Shown piece after piece: positions 54,008 to 64,000 of a stretch of 64,000 bases of DNA (positions within the stretch are counted from its first letter, which is position 1; each line of letters opens with the position of its first letter). The stretch comes from an uncultured Candidatus Rokubacteria bacterium (GTDB taxonomy: Bacteria; Methylomirabilota; Methylomirabilia; Rokubacteriales; CSP1-6), in contig CAVYTA010000006.1 of assembly GCA_963771355.1 (NCBI GenBank), positions 2,690,859 through 2,754,858 on the forward strand, written 5' to 3'. The position numbers and the translations under genes are program-made. The notes beneath the pieces are model-generated. The model saw only the letters and a program-made list of their open reading frames with translations, was not told the DNA's origin and did not search any database.

Positions 54008-55490
54008 TCAGCGCTGTTGGCGAGGAGACTCCTTCAGGAGCCAGTCGATGATCGCGGACGGTTCATCCGTATCGCGCTCTGGACGGGGCGCTTGACGGGC
54101 GGCACCGCTCTCCGGCGCAGGCCTGACCGGGACAGGGGACGTCGCCTCTGCGCGCTCCGCGGTCGCCGGCGGCAGGGTCCTGACCCTCGCTGACGCTGGC
54201 GGGGGCGTCACCTGGACACGAGGCGTGCCCTGTGCGGTCTCCGGGGTCGCGGGTGAGCGGGGTCCTGGTCGCCGGTGGCGCCGGCACGGCCGGCGTGGCT
54301 CGGGACGTCACCGGAGCCCCCTCCGGGGTCACGGGCGGCGTGCTCTTGACAACCGGTTGCGGCGGAGGAATCGGTTCGGTGCGCGGGAGCGGCGGTGGGA
54401 CCGGCGGGCTGACGACGACCTCCGCCGGTCGCTCGACTGCCGCCGGCTCGGGTGCTCTCGGCGCCGGGGCGGGCGGGGACTGGCGAGCCGGAACGGGTTG
54501 AATCACGGTCGTCACCGGCGGCGGGGCGGTCGCACGGTACCGGGTGACCCAGGCGCCGAGCGCGACTACCGCCACCACCAGGGCGCCGATGCCCACCGTC
54601 CGCCACGGCACCCGCGGCCACACGGCGCGCGCAGGGCGCGGGACCGTGGAGACCGGCTGCTCCGTCACCCGATAGAACTCCACCCACAGCGCGTTGGCCA
54701 CGGAACCCATGTCAGGCGATCCCGGCTCCGGCAACCTGCTGTCCAGGGCCTGCATCACGAGCTCTCGGACTGCCTCGGGCACCTCGCCTCCGAGCTTTCG
54801 CTCGGGGTGCGCACCGGAGCCTTCGCTCCGGGACGGCACCGCGCCAGTGAGCATGTGCATCAGGAGAAGGCCCAGGGCCTGCATGTCCGCCCGCTCGGTC
54901 AGCCCTTCCGGACGGGGACCCGCCCGTCCGAGGCGCGCGACCTCGAATCCCGTGAGCTTGACGGTGTCGTCGGCTCCGACCAGCACATGCTCGGCGGCGA
55001 GCGCGCCGTGGACGAGCACGAGATGGTGGGCGGCCTGGAGGCCGTCGGCGATCTCGAAGGCCAGTCGCAGCGCCCGCTCGACGGGCAGCGCTCCCTCCTG
55101 GCCGATCACATCCGCCAGGCTTCGCCCGTCGAGGGGCTCCAGCACCAGGAAAGGCCGGCCGGCCGCCGCGCGGTCGCAGTCGTGCACGATGGCCACGTTG
55201 GGTCGGATCCGGGCGACGGTGCTCGTGACCGACAGCTCGTCCCGGAGGCGGCGGAGCCCATCGTCATTGAGCGCGATGCCGACGGGCAGGAGCTTGAGGG
55301 TCACCTCCGCTCCCGTCTCCCCGTCCTGCGCGATGTACAGAGTGCCCGAGGGCCCCGCGGCCAGCCGCCGCGACACCTGATACCGCGCGTTGATCGCCTG
55401 GCCGATCCAGGGATCCCTCTGGACGTCGGCGCGGAACGGGGATCCCGGGTCTACCCCCGGGGTCGCGATCGGCTTCGCGCGCTCCGTCAT
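54008..55490 (-). CDS. Hanks-type Ser/Thr pseudokinase with TM and Pro-rich C-terminus; probable frameshift near 54255-54262
   Basis: RYQV..., VTLKLL, FLVLEPLDG, HGALAAEHVL (no HRD), KLTGFE (no DFG), TM GIGALVVAVVALGAW; Pro-rich tail continues in the 54008-54211 frame. Confidence 0.75.
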
Positions 55491-55571
55491 CCCTTTCCAA
55501 TCCTCCTGCGCGATATCGCGGGGCTCTAGGCTAGCACGACCGCGGCCGTCCAGATGGCCGAACTCTTGCGC

Positions 55572-55673
55572 CTGGGTGAACGGCGTGCGGACGGTGGACG
55601 AGCGGGGGGGCGATCATCCCGGATTGCGGCCGGCCCGGCCGCGGGCTCCGCGAGTTCTCGGCCTGGCGTCGCC
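55572..55673 (+). repeat. Copy 2 of the ~101 bp direct repeat (degenerate)
   Basis: One extra G, 4 substitutions including TGA to TGG relative to 53870-53970. Confidence 0.95.
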
Positions 55674-55686
55674 CCGCGCACCGCGG

Positions 55687-55738
55687 GTGCGCCTGGGCCC
55701 CGTCGCCATCCTCCTCACCGCGGTGGTGGGGGTGGGGG
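55687..55738 (+). pseudogene. 5' fragment of an MFS (Bcr/CflA-like) membrane gene cut by IS insertion
   Basis: GTG-RLGPVAILLTAVVGVG; joins in frame to 60213-60343 when the composite element is removed. Confidence 0.45.
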
Positions 55739-56217
55739 TAAATCGGCCCCGGTTTCTTTGGACACCGGTTTGACTAATCATCATGGTGACCAAGGAGGCC
55801 GACATGGGGAAGAAGGCGCGGAAGCCCGCAGTACATCGCCGACGCCTGGATCAACGAGGTGAAGTGGCTCGGGATGACCATCTCGCCGTCGTACGTCGGC
55901 GAGCCGGAGTGCAACGGTGTGGCGGAACGCTTCATGCGGACGCTGAAGGAGCAGTGCCTCTACCTGCATCGCTTCACGTCGCTGACCGACGCGCGCGCGC
56001 TCATCGGCGCGTTCATCGCCCGCTACAACGCCGAGTGGCTCATCGAGCGGCTCGGCCATCGCACCCCTTCGGCCGCGCGGGCCGCGGCGCTGGCGGCGTG
56101 ACCATGGTCACCCTCGACACGCGATCGCCCAGGGGCGCCACGATCGACGATCGTCGCCGGAGCCATACCGATACCGTGACATCCCCCTCTGGTGTCCAAG
56201 AAACCGGGTGCGGTACA
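55739..56217 (+). mobile_element. Internally deleted IS3-family element (non-autonomous)
   Basis: Same ends as 58779-60208 (CCGGTTTCTTTGGACACC / GGTGTCCAAGAAACCGGGTGCGGTACA); orfA start fused to the orfB 3' part at a GCC microhomology. Confidence 0.9.
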
Positions 56218-56254
56218 CTTCAGCGAAGTGACACTTCCATGGCCTTGTCGGCGT

Positions 56255-56869
56255 TCATCGACTCGGCCTGCCTCTCGCTGCGTTCTCCTGGGATTTCCTG
56301 ATCTGCTCCAGTACTGGGTCCTGCGCCATCGCGCACTTGGCCATCAGATCTGGCAGCGGGCACGCCCCCGGCATGAATTGCTCCCCGGCGCGCCGGGCAC
56401 GCTCAGTCGCCTGCCGGGCCTCAGTCTGACGGGCGGCGTCGGCCTCTTCGTCCTTACGCACGCGCTCGGCCTCTTCGGCCTTACGCGCGCGCTCGAGCTC
56501 TTCGGCCTTACGCACGCGCTCGGCCTCCTGACGCGCCCTGCTCTTCTCCTTGGCCGCCTGGGCGGCTGCCTCCTGAGCCTGGGCCTCCGCCTGCTGCCGC
56601 GTTGCCTCCTCCGCCGCCCGGCGCTGGTGCTCGCGCTCTGCCGTCTCTTTGGCCTGGCGCCTGAGTTCGTACTCGCGCTGGGCTTCGTAGCAGGCGAGAT
56701 GACGTTCTATGTCGATCCGCTGGGCATGCGACGGCCGCACCGAGTTTGACCCGCTGCCGGTGGCCAAACAGCGCGTCAGGGAGAACTCGTCGGCGCCGGC
56801 AGGGACCACGAGCACGACGGCGGCCAGCCAGACTCCGAGGAGCGACGTGTACACCCAGCCGCGACTCAT
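56255..56869 (-). CDS. Secreted hypothetical protein with charged coiled-coil repeats
   Basis: Signal peptide ending PAGA; Cys pairs; three 27 bp repeats at 56441-56521 encoding ER(V/A)RK(A/D)EE(A/L). Confidence 0.6.
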   Translation of the reverse strand: MSRGWVYTSLLGVWLAAVVLVVPAGADEFSLTRCLATGSGSNSVRPSHAQRIDIERHLACYEAQREYELRRQAKETAEREHQRRAAEEATRQQAEAQAQEAAAQAAKEKSRARQEAERVRKAEELERARKAEEAERVRKDEEADAARQTEARQATERARRAGEQFMPGACPLPDLMAKCAMAQDPVLEQIRKSQENAARGRPSR

Positions 56870-57400
56870 CGCACTCCCCCATCGCTTCGCACTACTTGAA
56901 TAGGTCGTAGGAGGCGGAGATCATCCGGGACATCCGCGGACACCTTCAGATCGCGGTGGCGGAGGTCGGACATCAGGAGCGCGTCCGGATTGTTAGGCTC
57001 GTGTCTGCCGGGCGGGGGTTCAATAGCATCCATTCGTCATGCGGCATCATGGATTCCTGAAGGGCCACATCGCTCACACCGTCCTGTTGGTGGGCGTCAC
57101 CGTGGTTGCTGTCGCAGTTTAATACATCGGCCCAGCGCGCGCCAACGATTCGTACACAAATTCATCGCCAAGGCTGTGTGAGTCCTGATACTCGTCCCTC
57201 TCGGCATCTTGCTCCTACCTGAGACGCGCTGCCGAGAGCGCACGCCTCGAAGCATCTCGCGGTACGAACCGGGATTGCATAATTTGTGACGTTCTTTGCA
57301 CAGTTAGGCTAAGCGCTTGCAGATAGCCGACTGCCGGCTATTTCCCGTGATCGGGTACGCAGGGTGTTCGGTAGAGTGTGGAAAGGTGCCGAAGTAAACA

Positions 57401-57886
57401 TTAGCACCCTCCGGCAGCGGTCGCCCCGCCCTCTGGGACTCGGACGCCAGGCGCCGATGGCACAGGCAGGAGACCGGTAGGGATGAATCCCAGCTCGACG
57501 CCGATCGGCCCCTCCGACAGCGGCCACCAGGGCGCGCGGTCGGTGGCCTGCCCCAGGTCGAGGACGTCGTGGCCCAGCAGCGAGAGCAGGGCGGTGACGA
57601 ACGCGCGGGGGAAGGACACTCTGGCCAGTCGCATCAGCCCAGCCGCGATCGGGGGAGACACCGCGACCGCAAACAAGACGGAGTGCCCGAGCAGGCGGCT
57701 GGCACTCCATCCCGCGAGGAGGCCGAGCTGGGCGACGATGTCAGGGAGATAGGCCAGCGCGACCACGGCCGGTAGCCAGAGCGCCGATACGGCCTCAGTG
57801 CCCGGCGGCCCCGTGCGCCCCCGCGCGGAGGGCTTGGTGGACACCCCGATCGCGAGGCGGACGAAGGCGTGCCCGAGCACCGGCAT
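57401..57886 (-). CDS. Membrane metal-dependent hydrolase (YdjM-like), probably 3'-truncated
   Basis: GHA..., LPD, GHS, GHDVLD, WWPLS motifs. Confidence 0.65.
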   Translation of the reverse strand: MPVLGHAFVRLAIGVSTKPSARGRTGPPGTEAVSALWLPAVVALAYLPDIVAQLGLLAGWSASRLLGHSVLFAVAVSPPIAAGLMRLARVSFPRAFVTALLSLLGHDVLDLGQATDRAPWWPLSEGPIGVELGFIPTGLLPVPSAPGVRVPEGGATAAGGC

Positions 57887-57985
57887 CAGGCCCCCCTCGG
57901 CTCAGGGCCCGCCAAGACCCGCAGGACATCACGCGATCGGCGCAGTATGATGCCCCATGCTGCCCCAGCCGCTTCCCTATCGGTA

Positions 57986-58600
57986 ATGACCACCGAGCCG
58001 TTGTTTCTCCTCCTGCTGATCGGCGCTGCGGTCTGGGTTGCCCGCGCGTGGACGATGGATTATCGCGCCGCGCTCGCAGGCCAACCGAATGCGAGCGCCC
58101 TTCCCGGAGCCACGCCGGCCTCGGCGCGCGCAGTCGCGATCGCCTCGCTCGGCGCCCTCGTCATCCTCGCTGCGGAAACCGGCGGAGAGTATGGGCTCGG
58201 TCTCAGCGCGGAGCAGTCGAAGGTGACCGCATTGTTCGGTCTGTACTCTATCCTCGGCGCGCCGGTGATCGAGGAGGTCATCTTTCGCGGGTATCTGGTC
58301 ATCGAGCATCGAGGGCGCGCGGCGCTGTGGGCCGGCGTGGTGGGCATCTCATTGCTGTTCGCCCTGCTGCATCCTTTCCTGTGGGAGTGGAAGGGTGAAG
58401 GTCTGGCCGTCCACTTGGGCGCCAAGGCCTGGTTCAGCACCGCCGTCATCTTCGCCGTGTCGCTGTGGTTCTACACGGTGCGGTTCTCCGGGCTGAATCC
58501 GCAGCGGTCGTTGCTGCCCTGCTTCGTCGCGCACGCCGCGAAGAATCTAGGCGTCCTCGCGATCAAGTACGCTCAGGGCTTCGTGGCAGGCTGGTGGTAA
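57986..58600 (+). CDS. CPBP/CAAX (Abi) intramembrane metalloprotease (start 57947-57986)
   Basis: EEVIFRGY, FALLH, HAAKN. Confidence 0.88.
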   Translation: MTTEPLFLLLLIGAAVWVARAWTMDYRAALAGQPNASALPGATPASARAVAIASLGALVILAAETGGEYGLGLSAEQSKVTALFGLYSILGAPVIEEVIFRGYLVIEHRGRAALWAGVVGISLLFALLHPFLWEWKGEGLAVHLGAKAWFSTAVIFAVSLWFYTVRFSGLNPQRSLLPCFVAHAAKNLGVLAIKYAQGFVAGWW

Positions 58601-58778
58601 CGGCTTCTATCGATGCCATCACTCAGCTGGCATCTCGGTCGGCTTCAGACGATGTCGGCCGGCGAGCTCGCGTGGCGAGCGGCCGGCCGGTTGCGCGACG
58701 CCGAGCGGTGGGGCGCCTGGCCCTGAGGCTGGAGCCGAGGCCTCGAGCCGCTGATCTTGCCGACGCTGCCGCCCGCAC

Positions 58779-60208
58779 TTAATCGGACCCGGTTTCTTTG
58801 GACACCGGTTTGACTAATCATGATGGTGACCAAGGAGGCCGACATGGGGAAGAAGGCGCGGAAGCCGACGACAGCGCCGGCGGAGGAGTCGGGGGCCGCG
58901 GGGGCGTGGAGCTCCCGGAGCGGTGGAGCGTCCAGCGGAAGACCGAGCTGGTGCTGCGGCTGCTCCGCGGCGAGCCGCTCGACGCGGTCTCGCGCGAGAG
59001 CCAGGTCCCCGCCCACGAGCTCGAGGGCTGGAAGCGCGTCTTCCTGGAGACCAGGCACGCGGGGGCTGAAGAGACGGAGCCGAGCCCGAGGAGCGCGAGC
59101 TGACCCTGGCCCGGGCGAAGATCGGGGAGTTGATGATGCGGCTCGAGCTGGCCGAGCACCTCATCGAAAAAAGGGGGCTCACGGACGAGTGGAAGAAGCT
59201 CACGGCGATGAGGGCGCGCGTGAGTCCGAGCACGCGGCCGGCGCTATCCGCTCACGATGATCTGCCAGGTGTGGCGGGTGGCGCGCTCGAGCGTCTACGC
59301 GACGGCCCGCGCCCCGGCGGCCGCGCCGGTCGGCCGGGCAAGCGCGGGCCGAAGACGCGGTCAGCGACGCCGACGCTGGTCGCGGCGATCCGCGCCGGTC
59401 CTGGCGAGCACGCCGTTCCACGGCGAGGGCTATCGGAAGGTCCGGGCGCGCCTGGCCCACCGCGGCCTGGCCGTCAGCGGCAAGCGCGTCCTGCGCCTGA
59501 TGCGCCAGCACCAGCTCCTGGCGCCGCGGCGGCTGGGCCCCCCGAACGGGGACCCCGCGCACGCCGGCACGATCATCACGACGCGGCCCGACGTGATGTG
59601 GGGCACCGACGCGACGCGGTTCTACACCGAGGCGGACGGCTGGTGCTGGTTCTTCGGCGCCATCGATCACTACAGCGACGACCTCGTCGGCTGGCACGTC
59701 GCGAAGCTCGGCGATCGGTGGGCGGCCCTGGAGCCGATCCGCCAGGGCGTGCGCCACGCCTTCGGCCGGCTTCCGCAAGGACGTCGCCCGCGGGCTCGAG
59801 ATCCGGTGCGACTGGGGCCCGCAGTACATCGCCGACGCCTGGATCAACGAGGTGAAGTGGCTGGGGATGACGATCTCGCCGTCGTACGTCGGCGAGCCGG
59901 AGTGCAACGGCGTGATCGAGCGCTTCATGCGGACGCTGAAGGAGCAGTGCCTCTACCTCCATCGGTTCCAGACGCTGGAGGAGGCGCGCGCGGCTCATCG
60001 CCGCGTTCATCGCCCGCTACAACGCCGAGTGGCTGATCGAGCGGCTCGGCCATCGGACCGCCGGCGGCCGCGCGGGCCGCGGCGCTGGCGGCGTGACGAT
60101 GGTCACCCTCGACACGCGATCGCAGAGGGGCGCCAGGATCGACGATCGTCGCCGGGAGCCGATACCGTGACATCCCCCTCTGGTGTCCAAGAAACCGGGT
60201 GCGGTACA
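58779..60208 (+). mobile_element. IS3-family insertion sequence with frameshifted orfAB
   Basis: Imperfect terminal IRs; orfA HTH (ELVLRLLRGE..VSRE); AAAAAAG slippery site at ~59167; orfB WGTDAT, IERFMRTLKEQ, YN; several extra indels. Confidence 0.92.
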
Positions 60209-60343
60209 GGGGCGCTGTCCAGCGTCTACGGCATCGGCGTGGGGCACCTGGCCGACGGGAGCGTGGTGCCCATGGCCACCGCCATCGCCTCGGCGGGGCT
60301 GGCGGCCGTCGTGGCCTTCGCGCTCCTCCGCCGGCGCGGCTGA
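60209..60343 (+). pseudogene. 3' fragment of an MFS (Bcr/CflA-like) gene
   Basis: GALSSVYGIGVGHLADGSVVPMATAIA...FALLRRRG-stop resembles the last TM pair of Bcr/CflA exporters. Confidence 0.55.
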
Positions 60344-60475
60344 GCGGTCATGCCCGCTCCTCCTGGAGAGGGAGCGGGAAGCGAGCCGCCAAAGTAGTCG
60401 ATCACGCGGTCGATGCGGCGCGCGGAATCTTTCTTGAAGACCCTCGTGGGGATCAGCATGATGGCCGATGCGTAC

Positions 60476-60576
60476 TCAACTTCGGTGCCATCAGGACGGG
60501 TCGTGTTTCCGAGCGCTTGCGAAGCCCCGGTCACGCGCACCGTTTCGAAAGGGAACGCGGCGTTTCGCGCCGGAAC
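60476..60576 (-). promoter_or_regulatory. Two activator-type palindromes plus an imperfect sigma-54 promoter downstream of the response regulator
   Basis: GTTTCGAAAGGGAAC 60542-60556, GTTTCGCGCCGGAAC 60562-60576; TGGCACCGAAGTTGA 60490-60476. Confidence 0.55.
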
Positions 60577-60581
60577 GTCGC

Positions 60582-61928
<1,347 letters not shown>

Positions 61929-61930
61929 GG

Positions 61931-63256
61931 TCACGCCGCTTCCAGCGGGAAGAGCATGGTCACGCGCGTCCCGCGGCCGGGCTTGGAGTCGATCTCGATC
62001 CGCCCGCCGTGCGCGGAGACGATGCGCTCGGCGATGGTGAGGCCGAGCCCGGTGCCGTTGGGCTTGCCCGAGTAGAACGGCTCGAAGAGCCGCGGCAGGC
62101 GCTCGGGGGCGATACCGGGTCCGGTGTCGCTGACCGCGAGGGCAACGTCGCCGTTCTGCCGGGCCACCTCGAGGGAGAGACGCCCGCGCCCGTCCATGGC
62201 TTCGACGCCGTTGAGGGCCACGTTCCAGAGCACCTGGGTGAGCTGATCGCGGTCGAAGGCGAAGCGCGGCACCGCCGGATCGATGGCCACCCGCACGTCC
62301 ACGCGGGGGGCGCGGGAGTAGTCGTCGCGGACGAGCGCGCTCACGTGCTCGACCACCTCGCCGATATCGCCGAGGGCGCGCTGGGCGGTCTGGGGGCGCG
62401 CGAAGCGCAAGAAGTCGGAGAGGATACGGTTGAGCCGGCGCGCCTCGGTGCGGATGGCCCCCAGCGTGGCGGCGCGCTCGGCGGGGGTGAGCCCGCCCTC
62501 GGCGGTGAGGAGCGCGGTGGCATTGACGATGCCCGCGAGCGGGTTGCGGATCTCGTGGGCCATGCCGGCGGCCAGCTCGCCCGCGGTGGCGAGCCGTTCG
62601 GCCGCGCGCAAGCGCGCGTGGAGCCGCTCGCTCTCGCTGCGCGCGCGCTCGAGCACCATGATGATCACGGCGAAAGTCGAGAGGAAGTACAGCGTGATGA
62701 AGACCCCATGCACCGCCAGGTAGCCGGTCGAGCCCGCTTCCGCGCTGACGAAGTGCGCCGCCATGCGGTGGACGCCCCAGAGCGTGAGCAGGCCGGCCAG
62801 GAGCCGCTCCCCGCGGAACCCCGTGCTGCGGCCGCGCTGCGGCCAGAACAGCACGCCGGCCACGATCTGCGCCAGGCCGAGACCGACCCCCACGATCTGC
62901 TGCCCCTCGTCGCCGCGGCCCAGGATGGCGATGACCGCCAGCAGCACCGCGACCCCCGTGCCCATGAGGGCGTCCCGTGCGCTCAGCCGGTAGTCCCAGC
63001 GATGCGCGAAGGCCGCGGCCAGGGTCAAGCCCACCGCGGCGATGGGGGCGAGCTCGGTGACGAAGCTCGAGTGGTCGAGCTGCAACACCAGGACGTCCAC
63101 CAGCTTGAGCCCCTTGGAGAGCGTGTAGGCGCCCCACGCCAGGAGGAGGTACTGGAAGAAGCGCACGCGGTGCGACGAGTAGAGGTACGCGAAGATCAGA
63201 AGCTGAATCGCGAAGGCCACCATCGATATGAATGTCAGCGCGAGCGAGACCGGCAT
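61931..63256 (-). CDS. Sensor histidine kinase with ~7 N-terminal TM helices
   Basis: Seven hydrophobic segments; AHEIRNPL; N-box; DTGPGI; LFEPF; GTGLGL. Confidence 0.93.
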   Translation of the reverse strand: MPVSLALTFISMVAFAIQLLIFAYLYSSHRVRFFQYLLLAWGAYTLSKGLKLVDVLVLQLDHSSFVTELAPIAAVGLTLAAAFAHRWDYRLSARDALMGTGVAVLLAVIAILGRGDEGQQIVGVGLGLAQIVAGVLFWPQRGRSTGFRGERLLAGLLTLWGVHRMAAHFVSAEAGSTGYLAVHGVFITLYFLSTFAVIIMVLERARSESERLHARLRAAERLATAGELAAGMAHEIRNPLAGIVNATALLTAEGGLTPAERAATLGAIRTEARRLNRILSDFLRFARPQTAQRALGDIGEVVEHVSALVRDDYSRAPRVDVRVAIDPAVPRFAFDRDQLTQVLWNVALNGVEAMDGRGRLSLEVARQNGDVALAVSDTGPGIAPERLPRLFEPFYSGKPNGTGLGLTIAERIVSAHGGRIEIDSKPGRGTRVTMLFPLEAA

Positions 63257-63291
63257 GCACGATCCTCCCCTTGAACAAGTCTACTCTCGGG

Positions 63292-63306
63292 GCAAGTCGC
63301 GTGCCA
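63292..63306 (-). promoter_or_regulatory. Sigma-54 (-24/-12) promoter for the kinase/regulator operon
   Basis: TGGCAC-GCGAC-TTGC matches the consensus exactly. Confidence 0.85.
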
Positions 63307-63359
63307 CGCGGAGACCATTGTGGAATCGCAACTTTTCGGAAGTTTTCGCCAGCGCGTGC

Positions 63360-63471
63360 GTTCCACTTCGAAACGGCGTTGCAGCATGGAACCGCCGTCT
63401 GATCCGACCCCTGATTCGACCCGGTGGTCACCCCACGGTTTCAGCGTGAACCGCGGGTTTCGGCGTGGAAC
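63360..63471. promoter_or_regulatory. Four palindromic upstream activator sequences (two pairs)
   Basis: GTTCCACTTCGAAAC 63360, GTTGCAGCATGGAAC 63378, GTTTCAGCGTGAACC 63438, GTTTCGGCGTGGAAC 63457. Confidence 0.7.
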
Positions 63472-63524
63472 CGGCGCCGGTCTCCTTCTCGGCGCGTTCT
63501 CAATGAATTCGCGCGGCTGGCATC

Positions 63525-63540
63525 TGGCACGCCGTCTGCT
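63525..63540 (+). promoter_or_regulatory. Sigma-54 promoter for the small peptide gene
   Basis: TGGCAC-GCCGT-CTGCT. Confidence 0.75.
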
Positions 63541-63585
63541 CTTCCACCCGGCGTGCAGTCAACACACTGACAGGAGGAAGAACAC

Positions 63586-63705
63586 ATGATGCGCACGATC
63601 GGACTCGCTCTCGCTCTCGTCACCCTGCTGATGGTCACCCCTGCGCCGGCCGCACCGCCCGACCAGGTGGACGCGCCCCGCAGCCAGGAAGTTCAGGCGG
63701 GCTGA
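63586..63705 (+). CDS. 39-aa secreted peptide precursor (not in the ORF track)
   Basis: SD CAGGAGG; MMRTIGLALALVTLLMVTPAPA-APPDQVDAPRSQEVQAG; signal peptide with A-x-A site. Confidence 0.65.
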   Translation: MMRTIGLALALVTLLMVTPAPAAPPDQVDAPRSQEVQAG

Positions 63706-63787
63706 ACCGGTGACGCAGGCGGCGCGGGCGAGCGAGGAAGCGTCTCGCTCGCCCGCGCCGACCAGCACGCAAAGGAGACATAGGACG

Positions 63788-64000
63788 ATGGGATGGCTGG
63801 ACGCAAACGAGTACTTGCTGATGGAGATGGCCGGACGGGACCGGATCGATGACATCACGCGGACGGCTCAGCTGGTCACCACGACGGGCGACTCTCACGA
63901 CGGCGCCGACGTCACCCCGCACGAGATGAGCAAGCGGGCGCCGCAGGTCGTGGGACGGGCGCGCTTCGCGGCGCGGTTGATGTGCTCCTTGCTGAGCCCG
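63788..64000 (+). CDS. Hypothetical protein, runs off the window end
   Basis: SD AAGGAG/AGGA; MGWLDANEYLLMEMA... frame open to 64000. Confidence 0.5.
   Translation, partial: MGWLDANEYLLMEMAGRDRIDDITRTAQLVTTTGDSHDGADVTPHEMSKRAPQVVGRARFAARLMCSLLSP

Noticed and set aside
56441..56527. Three 27 bp tandem repeats considered as a CRISPR array
   Set aside because: No spacers; they are in-frame coding repeats of a coiled coil; no cas genes in the window
57986..58600. CPBP protease as the processing enzyme for the 39-aa peptide
   Set aside because: It lies inside the separate IS3 composite element, so proximity is probably incidental
58845..60095. Multiple frameshifts in the IS3 transposase as programmed recoding
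   Set aside because: Only the AAAAAAG site fits IS3 recoding; the other indels are scattered and look like decay or sequencing error

Overview
GC-rich bacterial chromosomal window. The gene style is compatible with Candidatus Rokubacteria/Methylomirabilota, but that is an inference. 0.15-35.5 kb is mostly housekeeping: a Rossmann-fused sigma-54 activator, dnaB-rplI-rpsR-ssb-rpsF, groESL with CIRCE, an MrfAB/YprAB-like helicase-exonuclease pair, rlmD, dciA-TPR-lolB-like-ispE-tRNA-Gln-prs-rplY-pth, rpsU-mutS2-dnaG-rpoD-tRNA(CAT), rnhA and rnpB. Four accessory events can be read from the sequence. (1) A complete IS110/IS621-type bridge recombinase (14572-15691) with a CT core, a junction promoter and target/donor guide segments, inserted in a ~125 bp palindromic repeat. 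(2) A ~4.6 kb tyrosine-integrase island integrated at the 3' end of rnpB (16 bp att repeat), with an apparently inactivated integrase and phage-like cargo. (3) A membrane pseudokinase cassette bracketed by a ~101 bp duplication of a gene 3' end. (4) An IS3-flanked composite element with a GGGG flanking duplication. 40-54 kb holds transport and catabolic genes. The window ends with a 7-TM sensor kinase and an NtrC-type regulator, divergent sigma-54 promoters, six shared palindromic activator sites and an unannotated 39-aa secreted-peptide gene, which together form a candidate peptide-signalling circuit. Several core genes appear to use CUG/AUU starts or leaderless mRNAs. No CRISPR array or rRNA was seen.
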